NCBI GenBank assembly: GCA_050230475.1
Contig: JBFLGF010000031.1
Location: 62,001-107,063, forward strand
From: Ancylonema sp.
Taxonomy: Eukaryota
DNA: 45,063 nt
Direction of reading: 5' to 3'
A model generated the notes under the pieces. The model saw nothing but the letters and a program-made list of their open reading frames with translations. It searched no databases and was not told the DNA's origin. Both the position numbers and the translations under genes were made by a program. Each line of letters opens with the position of its first letter. The stretch's first letter is position 1. Shown piece after piece: positions 21,601 through 31,986 of the stretch.

Positions 21601-24600
21601 ACCCCCTCCTTGCACCTCCTCCTCCCCTGCATCTCCACCTCCTGCGTTGTTGATCCCTGACAGGCTGTCAGACAGCACAATCGTGGCGTTAGAGACCTCA
21701 GCAGCTTGTGGCTGGAAGTTGTCGTGCGGATAGTCGTTGGCAGCTGCTGGCTCAGGGACTGCTGGTTCTGCTGGTGCTGGGATTGGCTGCAGAACTGCTG
21801 GCATCGGTTGCAGAACTGCTGCTGCTGGCATGTTGGGGTGGACTGCTGCTGCTGGCATGTTGGGGTGGACTGCTGCTGCTGGCACAACTGCTGCAGCTGG
21901 TTCATCTTCAGGGTCGGTGAAAAGGTAGAAAAAGTGTTTTTCTGCTGCCTCCTGAATCTGGGGAGCTCTCCCCCCCATCAGCTTCGGGTACCCCGGCACC
22001 TCCTCAAAGAACCTCACGTCCATGCGTGATATCACCCCAGCTCTATGGGGATCGAAAACATTGTAGCCTGCACTCCCCGCAGCCATCCCCAGAAACACAC
22101 CAAAGCAAGTACGAGGGGGGGCAAACTTGTCCTGACTGTTCTTTTCCCCCCCAACCTTCAAATATACCAGACACCCGAAATTATGACTTTTATTAACTTA
22201 TTATTGACTGGAACTGTCATTCTCTTCCCCTCCCAGACCTCAATTGGAATTTTCCCAGAAAGCGACTTAGTGGGTGTTCTATTCCTCAACCAGTTTGCAT
22301 GTAACAAATCCACGTCCCAATAAGACTTCGGTAGACCTGACCAGATTAAGATGCATCGCATTTTTTCTGTCAGTGTTCGGTTCAGTCTTTCACAGATTCC
22401 ATTTTGTCAGGACTATATGCTTCTGTGGTTTGTTTATCAATACCCTTCCCCCCACAGTAGTTTATCCAGTCCTGAGACATATACTCCCCTCCCTTATCTG
22501 TCCGAATAGACTGTAGGGGCAGACCTGACTGGACCTCGAGCAATTGTATAGTGACTCTTGCTCGGTTCAGTGCTTCATCCATTGTTTTTAACAAACTCAC
22601 AAATGACAGACGTGTGGATACCTCTATCCCTGTCTGAGCATATGTATACCCTCCGTTAGCTGACCTGACAGACAGTGGTCCAATGAGATCCAGGTGAATG
22701 CGACCCATCTTGGGGCATGTCCCCAGATCTGCACTGACCTTAGCATGACTGAGCTGAGTCATCTTCCCCTGACAGCAAACCTGACATCCCTTTACTTCAG
22801 TTAATTCCCCCTGACTTAACTCTGGGATGGTCCCCACGTCTGGCGAAATCTGACATCTCATCAGAACTGGGGTGACCCAATTTGTGATGCCAGACCATGC
22901 CTGTGGACAAATTCGCTGTAGTATCATGAGATCCAGGCATAACGATTGTGGCAGCAAGCAGAGTCAGACCACTAGGCTGCTGCAACACATCAGCCCATTT
23001 CACATTTCCCTTGTTTAATTCAGGACCCGTGGGCAGCTGTAGAAAGCTCAGCCCACCTCTTCTGACGAGGCACGATGTCGACACGAGGGTGCAGGCAAGG
23101 TTGGGACGTGGATCGCGAGCAGTGGCTGCACAAAGAAAGCGTCGCCATTCCTCACTCGGATGTGCACGAAACCAGTGCCCTCCACCTTGTGTGACGAGCC
23201 GTCAGCAGTGGTGATGAAGGCCTGCTGCGTGCTCAGGGTAGGTGTGTACTCCACAAAATGTTCACGTGCCGTGAAAATGTGGTCAGTAGCACCTGAATCC
23301 AGGATCAAGGAGTCTGAGTGAGGACCAGCAGACATTGCCCGGGCAACATTGAACGAGAAGCACCGAAAGCTAAATTATCCACATTAGCGTTGAAGGGTTT
23401 GTCAGCAAAGCGAGCAAGTCTAGCTTGTGCATCTCAGCTCTCCTAGCAGCCTCTGGGTTCATTAGAGCCATGTCAGATGTTCTTTTTCTGCAATGTTCAA
23501 TTGTGGACCGACAATGTTGCAATATCTGCACTTTTGCCTCCCCCCTGAACTTCCCTGAGTAGCGTGCGCGACATTTCCAGCTGCTGGTGATGACGCAGGG
23601 CATTGCGCAGCTCGGTGGCCTGCCTGGGCACCTGTGACACTTCCATGGCCCCGTATGGCCTCCGCCAGATGGAGCTGGTGAAGGGCAGTTCGCTCTGATG
23701 TGCCCGAATTTGTGTCAGCCGAAGCATTCGACGCCTGCAGCGTCACTGCGACCAGCTCCAGTCGCACCACCAGATCTGTTGCTACCTCCAGCTCCATTCC
23801 CCCCCCCAGGTCCGCCATAATGCGCCTGGTGTCCTCCGGGCAGCCCTCCGGGCAGCGCCCCCCTTTTTCGATCGTTCAGCTCTTTCCGCACGTCGAGCAG
23901 CGCACTCACGATGTGTGGAATCGTGAAGAGGTGTGGCGACGACTCCGACCAGGGCATCAGCGTTGAAACCATCGGACTGTAATGCGTGTTTAACGAATTC
24001 AGCAGGTTAATCGCCTGCTTCGTCGGAGATACTGGCGCCCCCAAATTCTTAAGGTCCTGATGCAGCTGCTGCAGACGCTTCACGTACACGTTGAGGTCCT
24101 CTGCCTCCGTCTGAATATAGCGCTTAGCAATGCCTCCGTATTTGCGATCTCGATCGCACCCTGCACCTGGTAGAATGTCCGCAGAGCATCCCACATTCCG
24201 GCAGCTGTCGAGCAGTCAGTGACGTGCGTCAGCGCTCCGATGGCCCCAGGTGCTTCACAATATAAGACATAAGCCAGATTGTCCTCGTCCCATTTTTCCA
24301 GCTCCAGCAGCTGCTGGGAAATCTGCTGTTGTCGCACCAACACTTCGACATCCACGTCGATCCCCCTGGCGGCTAATTGCAGCTCGTTATCAGGTGTCAA
24401 TGGAAGGATCACGTCTGCGCGACACTTTCGCGGCAAACTGTCCTATCCCAATCCATAACCAAACGATGCAGTTTCTTGTCCGCCAGCCCATAGCCCATAT
24501 TTGACCTTGAAGGCCCATCCTGTATAATCAGCTCCAGTAAATTGAGGGAATTGCGACCTATCCGACATTATGGCAGCTATTGTGTAGGACTGTACAAAAA

Positions 24601-25285
24601 TTCTCGCACAGCTCGAGTTCTCAGTGCAATTCCTGCACTGCAGCCCTCAGCTCAGAAACTTGCAGCGCAATATCAGAATTACGTGCAGACCTTAACAACC
24701 ACGAATATATTTGCGCTCACTGGCAGAATATGAGATTACCGCAGAGCGAAATCGCGTGGAGCCTTTAGTTTTTTACCTACACGGCGTCTTCTGAACTACT
24801 AGACCGCACGTGGGCCCTTAACCTATAAGCTTTTGAGTGATTAGACTTGCCGGAATATTTAGGTGGGCGACCAAAACGAACCGTACGCAAAAGGATCTCT
24901 ATCACTGATGATCAACGAGAAGACAGGAGTTGCCGTGTGTGGAACGAATTATTATTGTGATTGCATCGGGGATGGTAATACCCGATGCGTTTTACAGATT
25001 GTTGCGTGCCGACGGTCGGCACAATTGACCGTCGGCCTATCATTGACTGACAGCTCTTCTACATGTCAACGGCACATGCCGGACATTTCTGACACGACTA
25101 AACTAGCCAGTCACGACGCTTCGACCAAACAACGTCTCTAAGCGTCGGAAACATGTCAGGTGCCCGGGCACAAACTTGCCCGGCCCCGCATACAGGCACA
25201 TCTAGAATATTGCTCCCGGTTAGAGTGGTCTTAACTACAACTGGACTAGCACACATAACATATGGCTATCCGAAATATTCTAACA
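18624..25285 (-). mobile_element. Full-length but decayed Ty1/Copia element B
   Basis: LTRs 24824-25285 and 18624-19062; TG...TA termini; perfect TSD CAGCT (18619-18623, 25286-25290); PBS GGTTAAGGGCCCA; domain order gag-PR-INT-RT-RH. Confidence 0.96.
19832..24568 (-). pseudogene. Copia B gag-pol polyprotein, multiple frameshifts and stops
   Basis: MSDRSQFPQFTGADYTGWAFKV start; ILDSGATDHIF (PR); WHHKLGH, CQVC, IHLDLIGP, IRTDKGGEY (INT); RYKVRLVAQGFLQQEGIDY, GIHVDD (RT); GYCDASW...STAEAEY...NQPADMLTKAL (RNase H). Confidence 0.95.
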
Positions 25286-25439
25286 CAGCTGTTCATCTAT
25301 CCTCTCCAAATACAACCCAAAAAATTAGCAAGCTTCTAAAGAATACCAGTCAAGCTACTGGCTTTATCACGTATCAAAAGACCAAATATCCAACCCAAGA
25401 TAAAACTTGGCGTGGGGTACGGGCAGTCTGGCAGATTCT

Positions 25440-27187
25440 CTAAATCTGCAGCCTATTGACATGCACCCCCATTCTCCTACCCCCTCCACTTCCAGCCATC
25501 ATATGCTCATCCCCCATTCTGCTCTCATGCTGCACTTGGAGCACTTTATCAATCCCCACTACCCTTCCTGGCAGTATAAGCAACCCGGTGACATGTCTTC
25601 TAGCATCAACAAAACTCCTTCCTCTCCACAAGAGAGTGGTCACCCCCCTTTCACTCAAAGTGAAGCCTATCTGAGCGCGATCATCCAGACAGATCATGCT
25701 TACCAGCTTCATTCCCAGGCTAGGCACATGAAGGGTATGAAGACGGAGTGGTCGCATCGCTCCTCCACTCCTCAGTTCCACCTTGACTGTCCCGACCCTT
25801 AGCACTGGGTGTGACTTCCCATCTGCCGTGGAGACGAATGAGCTCTCAAGTAGCACCTTCGTGTTGTACTCACAAAAATCTGATCGATCTGGGAAGACAT
25901 GGACTGTGGCTCCCGAGTCCAAGATCGCCTCTTCCCCCCTCCCCTCTACAGGCAATGCAGACACCGATGTAGCACACATGCCAGGACAATCCACAGCACT
26001 TGCTGCCATACTGGAAACTGGTGCATAGGCTGCCATCCTCTGCTGCGCAGCTACATCTCGTTGGCGCAGCTCACACATATCGATGGTGTGGCCCGTCTCC
26101 TTGCAGTAGGCGCACGTCAGCTCACGTTGCTCCTGCCCTTGCTGCCAATTTCTGCCGTGCTGCTGACCTCCTCCTCCTCCTCCACCGAACTGCTGCTGGC
26201 CCCCTTGATGTCGTCCCTGCCCTCCATTCTGCTGGCCGTCCTGCCGCAGTGGTCGTCGGCAGTCTCGCATGAGGTGACCTGGCTCGCCGCAGTTGTGACA
26301 TTTCTTCTGTGGTCCAGCTCCTCGAGCGTGGCCACCTCCCTCTCCGTTTGGACAGGTGGTACGATAGTGGCCGAACTGCCGGAAACCGTGGCAGCGCACG
26401 TTGCTCAAATCTGGCCCTTGGTGGGGCCTGCCGCTAGGTCCGGTTCCTCCACATCCGCCATAATGCGCCTCTGGGCCGCCGAGAGGCTCGCCACGCTTCC
26501 GCGCGCTGACGACGAGCTTCGTGTCCTTAGAGCCGAGGTGATGTAAGGGATGGTGTAGAGGTTGGGAGCTGACTATGCCCAGCTGTGGACGACTTCGACC
26601 ATCGTGTCGTAGCGCGAGCTCAGGCAGTTCAGCAGGTTCGTCGCCTGGTCTGCTTCGCTGACTAGCTTCCCCAGATGCGCAAGATCTCCATGGACAACCT
26701 CCAGGCGTTTGACAAACTCTTGTAAGTCCTCAGCCTCACCCATTACCGTAGCACTCAGTTTAGCCAGGGCATTAGCTACTTCAATAGCGCCCTGGACTTC
26801 GTGATATGATGCAAGGTTGCTCCACATCTCATATGCGTAATCACAATCCCTAGCATACACCTGCTCTAACGGACCTAAGAACCTGACAATGTAGGCGTGC
26901 GCCTTTAAATCCTGCGCATCCCAAACATCCACAAGCAAATTTCTAGCATCAACACTCTGCTGGTGTGTATCAGCAACAGTTCTTCGAGTTGCAGCATCAA
27001 CAAGTAACGAATTGAATGCTGCCTGTGTCAGCGGCTCGATAACAGCCGGTCGAGGTATTCTCGTCCTCCCCTTGAAGTCGACGACATATCGGTGCAACTC
27101 TTTCTCGATCATTCCGAACCTGACCTTAAAGGCCCATCCATGATATGCTGCCCCGGTGAACTAAGGGGTATTGTCTTTATCCGCCAT
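25440..27187 (-). pseudogene. Copia A gag-protease
   Basis: MADKDNTP*FTGAAYHGWAFKVRFG start; UBN2-like gag; three knuckles (CHGFRQFGHYRTTC, CHNCGEPGHLMRDC, CAYCKETGHTIDMC); ILDSGATVHVF and LHVPSLGMKLVS protease motifs. Confidence 0.92.
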
Positions 27188-27461
27188 CTGCACCAATGTT
27201 AATACACAAATTCCGACACAATGATGCAGCAGCTAGCAGCTCTAGCAAAAACTTTGGCGGCAATTTACAACACGCAGCTCACAGCTCACAACACAGAAAA
27301 TAATAGCAGTACGTAATTCTAAAATTACGAGCCTAGTAATTCCAGATCTAAGTGCCCTAACAATTAGGCACAATTTACCATGATTTCCAGAGCAACTTTG
27401 CCTGACACTAAAAACGTGGAAATCTGTAGGATCCGACCGCTCAGATGTCCTAGACAACCTG

Positions 27462-27474
27462 TGGGCCCATAACC
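27462..27474 (-). promoter_or_regulatory. Primer binding site for a half-tRNA-iMet primer
   Basis: GGTTATGGGCCCA directly abuts the 5' LTR and matches the Drosophila copia-type PBS complementary to the tRNA-iMet anticodon arm. A one-mismatch copy lies at 24811-24823. Confidence 0.9.
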
Positions 27475-27962
27475 TATAAAGATTTGTCACTTAACAATGC
27501 AACGCACAAGTTCAATGCATTACAAACAAGACAAATAATTGTACGGTAAAGCAACGACGTTTTGGTATGATTGTGAAATGTTAATTATGAACGCGTTCTC
27601 GTCGGGCTAATGTACCCGACGAGCCGACAACGGTCCAATGATTACTGGTCGCTTTTCTATCCGACGGTCGGAACTATTTGACCGCCGCGCCCTCTAAGCG
27701 TGCCAACGCATAATTTTCCACGGCAACTTGCCGGACTAAACCGTCACATCACATCTCCGCCAATAGTGACGCGACACCGCCCTAGCATCGCTGTGACAAA
27801 CGACAACGACTACTAGTTGGACCACGCCGTACAAGTGCGGACGTGACCAAGTGCGGACGGATGCCCGGGTGTAGCATACTCCGTGCTACAGAAGACACTT
27901 AGGCAATTATTGGACTAGGTAAAAAAGGTAGAACAAGTGCCTATCCGAATTGATTCCTAACA

Positions 27963-28095
27963 ATTATCAACGGCGCCCCAGATCAGCATCCTCGACTTTG
28001 GCGCTAACATGCCACTCGTGGGAAAACGGGTGGCCGATGAACTTGGTATCGAGGATGGGGACCTGGACATGGGGTTGGCCTATATCACTACCTCA
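27963..28095 (+). pseudogene. Aspartic protease remnant of the host Gypsy-like element
   Basis: ISILDFGANMPLVGKRVADELGI resembles retropepsin LD(S/T)GA; it continues the frame interrupted at 17275. Confidence 0.7.
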
Positions 28096-29428
28096 AGGGA
28101 GAAGCAAAGGTCCCGCGGAGTAACCAAACGGCCTATGAGATCTATCATAGGAAAAGGGAATATGTGGATGCATTTTTTTTTAAATGATAAGCGGATGAAA
28201 ATAAAATTTATTCGCGAGATTTCTACTGTCTATGAAAATTTGCAAAACTTTCTTTCTTTCTCCTCATTTGACACATTCTTTGTGTTAGGTGTTTCAATTT
28301 ACAAATTACTCATCTACTAATATTTTCATTCACTCATATACGCATCCTCTCATGTACTTTTCATGATCCCCAAATATACGTGTGATTATATTGTTCATGA
28401 TTGTATTATGTTGCTTCCAACTCGAGTTTCCACGAACAACAGTGCTGACACTGTCATCAACATAACATTTTTCATAAATTTTCGACATCATTGTCCACAT
28501 GTTTTCAAATGAGGTCGCGATTTGTACATTTTTTTTATCAACTCTTTCTAAAGAAATAGTGAGAACAATCAACTCTGAAGCAGATGTACGTCACATGCCT
28601 ACCATTCCACACATGTCTTTAGGAAAGTGATAATACAACGATAATGAGTGAAATAATAAGACACATGTTTACACATGTGGTCATCTACTCATCTTATGGC
28701 CGCTCCTATTCAAACATTCACGTTACATCCGCAATTTCACTATTAGAAACAAATCTTTGTATCCGAATTTTTATCCGAAAAAAAACAAGCGTGTGAAAAA
28801 CCCATAGTTTATATACTATTCATCTACGTGGAGTGACACACGTGGTGTCTAGGCACAACCGGTAGGGGGGAGAACAAAAGCAATAGTTGTTGATACATTG
28901 TAATTTCAAGTAACCAATATGACGTATGTAGCAGTCCGTACATGAACTATAGATTAAGATTGGTCGTTCGCGGGCCTTGTAAGTTGGTGAGCCGTTTTGA
29001 AAATCTCGTCAAGACACATAAATCTTGTGGACTCACAAGTTTTGAGGTGCATCATTGTGTTTAGAACTGCCAAAACGTGTAGAAAACATGTACACATTGA
29101 GCTTTTAGAAAATTCGGGGTAGCCCCTACTAGTAATGGGGATTCAACCCTCAACCGCAAGTTTTTTTTTTTTTTAAAGCCTGAATAATGCATCGTTGTAA
29201 AAAAGCCCAATCTTTTTTGTGAAACATTCATTTGAGGTCCTAATTTTATTTTATTCAGGCTGTAAGAATCATTTACAAGTTACCCGAATAAAGATGCAGA
29301 GGAAAATAATGATTGGTTATTAAGCACCCTAATAATTATGATTATGTCCTTAACCCCCCAATGAACATATAGGCCCTTATTTGCGCTGCCTAGGTTCACG
29401 CGGAGTCTCAAAAATTAGGACTGCAATA

Positions 29429-30461
29429 CACTCAAAACCCGATACAAGCAACGTCGATATAAGAAACTCCTCGCTTAAAGAATATTTTTTGTCAACATTA
29501 CTTTTTCCCATATAAAAACCCCCCGATATAAGCATAAGAAACTTCGATAAGAAAGACAAACAATTCCGAAATTCATTGTAACGGGTTTCTTAAACGCAGT
29601 AAAACCCCTCTAGATTAATATTCCCACAATAAATAGTCTTCATAAATTAATACTCCGTATATTAATTTCCTCTTAAGTTCTCGCAACCACCTGTCATTAA
29701 TAATTTACGTGTAGAATGTCAGTGAATTACGATATCACGAGATCATTATCACGAAATCTTCTCAAGTCCTCCGATTCAGGTATTGCACGTTCACATGTAC
29801 ATCAAATATTATCGCACGCTTAAATATTTGACGCCATGGATCTGCGTGTCCGCCCCTCGTTATTAGAAACATCTTCGCGATGTCTCCCATTTAGTGTGCG
29901 GGGAGCCCAGCGAAACCCTTTGGGCTCCGGGCTCCACCGGAGCCGAGCCCAAGATCGCGGCTCCGGGCTCATTTCGGGAGCCCGGAGCCCAAGATCCGGG
30001 CTCGGAGCTTACCCGGAGCCCGGCTCGGAGCCCAAAATCCACCCTTGTTTTTTTATTTATTTTTTTTTTATTTATTATTATTATATAGAACATCATTTCC
30101 ATCCGGATGATCTGGCCGTAGGATCCGTTTGCTTTCCCGCTATTTTCATGAATTTATATATCATGGGCTCCGAGCTCAAATCTGAGCCCCGATTCCGCCC
30201 GGGATCCCGCTCGGGACCGAGCCCGGATCCGAGCTCGGATTTTACGACATGGGCTCCGACGTTTAGCTCGGAGCCTGAGGCAAAATACCCTTTGAGCTCC
30301 GAGCTCAATGAGCTCGGATCTTGGGCTCATTGGAATCATTGAGCTCCGGGCTCCCCGCACAGTACTCCCATATAAAGTTTCTGATACACAGTATAAGAAA
30401 TACTCGTTATAAAAAACTTTTCCCCCAACATTTTCGGGTTTCTTATATCGGGGTTTGAGTG
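29429..30461. mobile_element. pogo/Tc1-mariner-type MITE
   Basis: TIRs CACTCAAAACCCGATACAAG / CTTATATCGGGGTTTGAGTG with TA on both flanks; no ORF. A related end occurs at ~35224-35245. Confidence 0.75.
29892..30364. mobile_element. hAT-type MITE nested in the pogo-type MITE
   Basis: TIRs TAGTGTGCGGGGAGCCC / GGGCTCCCCGCACAGTA; 8-bp TSD CTCCCATT/CTCCCATA; many subterminal GAGCCC/GGCTC repeats in both orientations. Confidence 0.85.
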
Positions 30462-31986
30462 TACGACCTTCTCGATCAACAGGGGCTCCTTTCAATTACT
30501 ACACCCCTCTCGATTATTATATTCCTCTTAGCCATTTCTCCCCTCTTAATTATTACACCCCTCCCATGCCGTCCGTCAGACAACAAACCGTGCCCCATCA
30601 CTTCGCAAAATAAACTCGAAGTGCTTCTTTGTGAGACTTTCTCTTCCAATACGTTCACAAAAAAAATATTTTCTTCCGAATGCGATCGACTCTTAGTGGA
30701 ACTATGGAAGTTATATGTACATCTATGTCTCAGCCCAGCGTGGATGTGCTTCAAAATGTCCCCCGCTCGGCTGTAGCATCACCACCGCACCGCAGCATTT
30801 CCTTCGCAGCGCCACGCGTCTGCTCTAGGAAGATTGAACGTCATCGGAATTCGACAACTGTGTATCGGCGAGTGCCTTCGAGAGGTAACGATGATAACCA
30901 TAACCTGGAATTGGAAGCAGTGTGGGCAGTTTATAGAGACTGACTGTCTGACTGAATCTCAGACCTGTGCTCAGCTACCTGGATTACCGCTTGATTTTAT
31001 TGCATGAATCACAACATGCTTCATTAAAAAAAAAAAAAAAAAAAACCCTCTCTCGTGGTTTTCCTCTTTAAGCTGGAGGATGACACATCCTAAGGCCCAG
31101 TGATGCCCTTCAGTCACTCATGGTGCTAAACTCCACAATTCCGATCAAGGAAGCGAGCTCGTCATTTTTTTCTGAAGGTCTACATGTCACTGGGATTACT
31201 TTTCATGAGTGTCGCCAAATCGAGTTTCATTGCGAGCTTGATTCTGCCCCTTTGAACGACTCAGATTCGCTTACCGTTAAGGATCACTTTCGTACCGGAA
31301 AGTTCAATCCGTCCGTCCGTCCGTCCGTCCATCCGTCCGCCCGTCCCTCTCATTCCACGTCATGAAATCTTGACTCTGGTATTTGGCTACCAGGTCTACC
31401 TACTGACAGGGAAATGAATCATCCTAGAACACTTATTTCTGGAACCCTTATTCTTGCAATCGTTATGGGGGGTGGCTCGTCCTCGGTTTAAATGCAACAT
31501 TTCCTACATCCCACATCTGCCTGCTTTTTGTATGCATAGATTAAGTGTTCCATTTTTCTCGACCCAGATTTCAACCCGAAGTCAACCAGAAGTCAACCAG
31601 AAGTCAACTACAATTGAATGCTTTGTCACCGAAGCTGACCCGTTTTGCATCAAGTTCGAGGCCAATATATATAAATTCTGAAATAAAGAAATGAACACGA
31701 AAATAAGAGAGTACAAATTCCAGAAACAGTACATCACCATCTGCCTACCACAACATCTTTGTGGTCCGCTTTCAGCAACATGTCCGACACTAACCTTAAC
31801 TTCAACTTTGACTTTCACTTTGACTTTGACTTTGACTTTGACCGATCTGATGGTTGACTTTCAGCAATGTGCTTCCTTGACTCCGAAAGACATCTCGCTC
31901 GTCATTGAAAATGTATTTGCCTTCAAACTGACTTGTTATAAAATGCTTTTTCCCTTCTCATACTCATTTTTTTTTCTCATATTCAG

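Larger units (their letters stand above)
17276..27962 (-). mobile_element. Ty1/Copia element A, non-autonomous (gag + protease only), with Copia B nested inside
   Basis: LTRs 27475-27962 and 17276-17757; element-sense termini TG...TA; TSD ACTAT/ATTAT; PBS GGTTATGGGCCCA (27474-27462); PPT GAGGGGGTG (17766-17758). Confidence 0.93.

Noticed and set aside
28150..28600. AT-rich minus-strand ORF remnant
   Set aside because: No recognisable family or splice structure.
29112..29133. Helitron 3' end (GGGG-TAG-CCCC then CTAG|T); a similar CTAGT at ~10175
   Set aside because: Hairpin too short and no matching 5' TC end identified.
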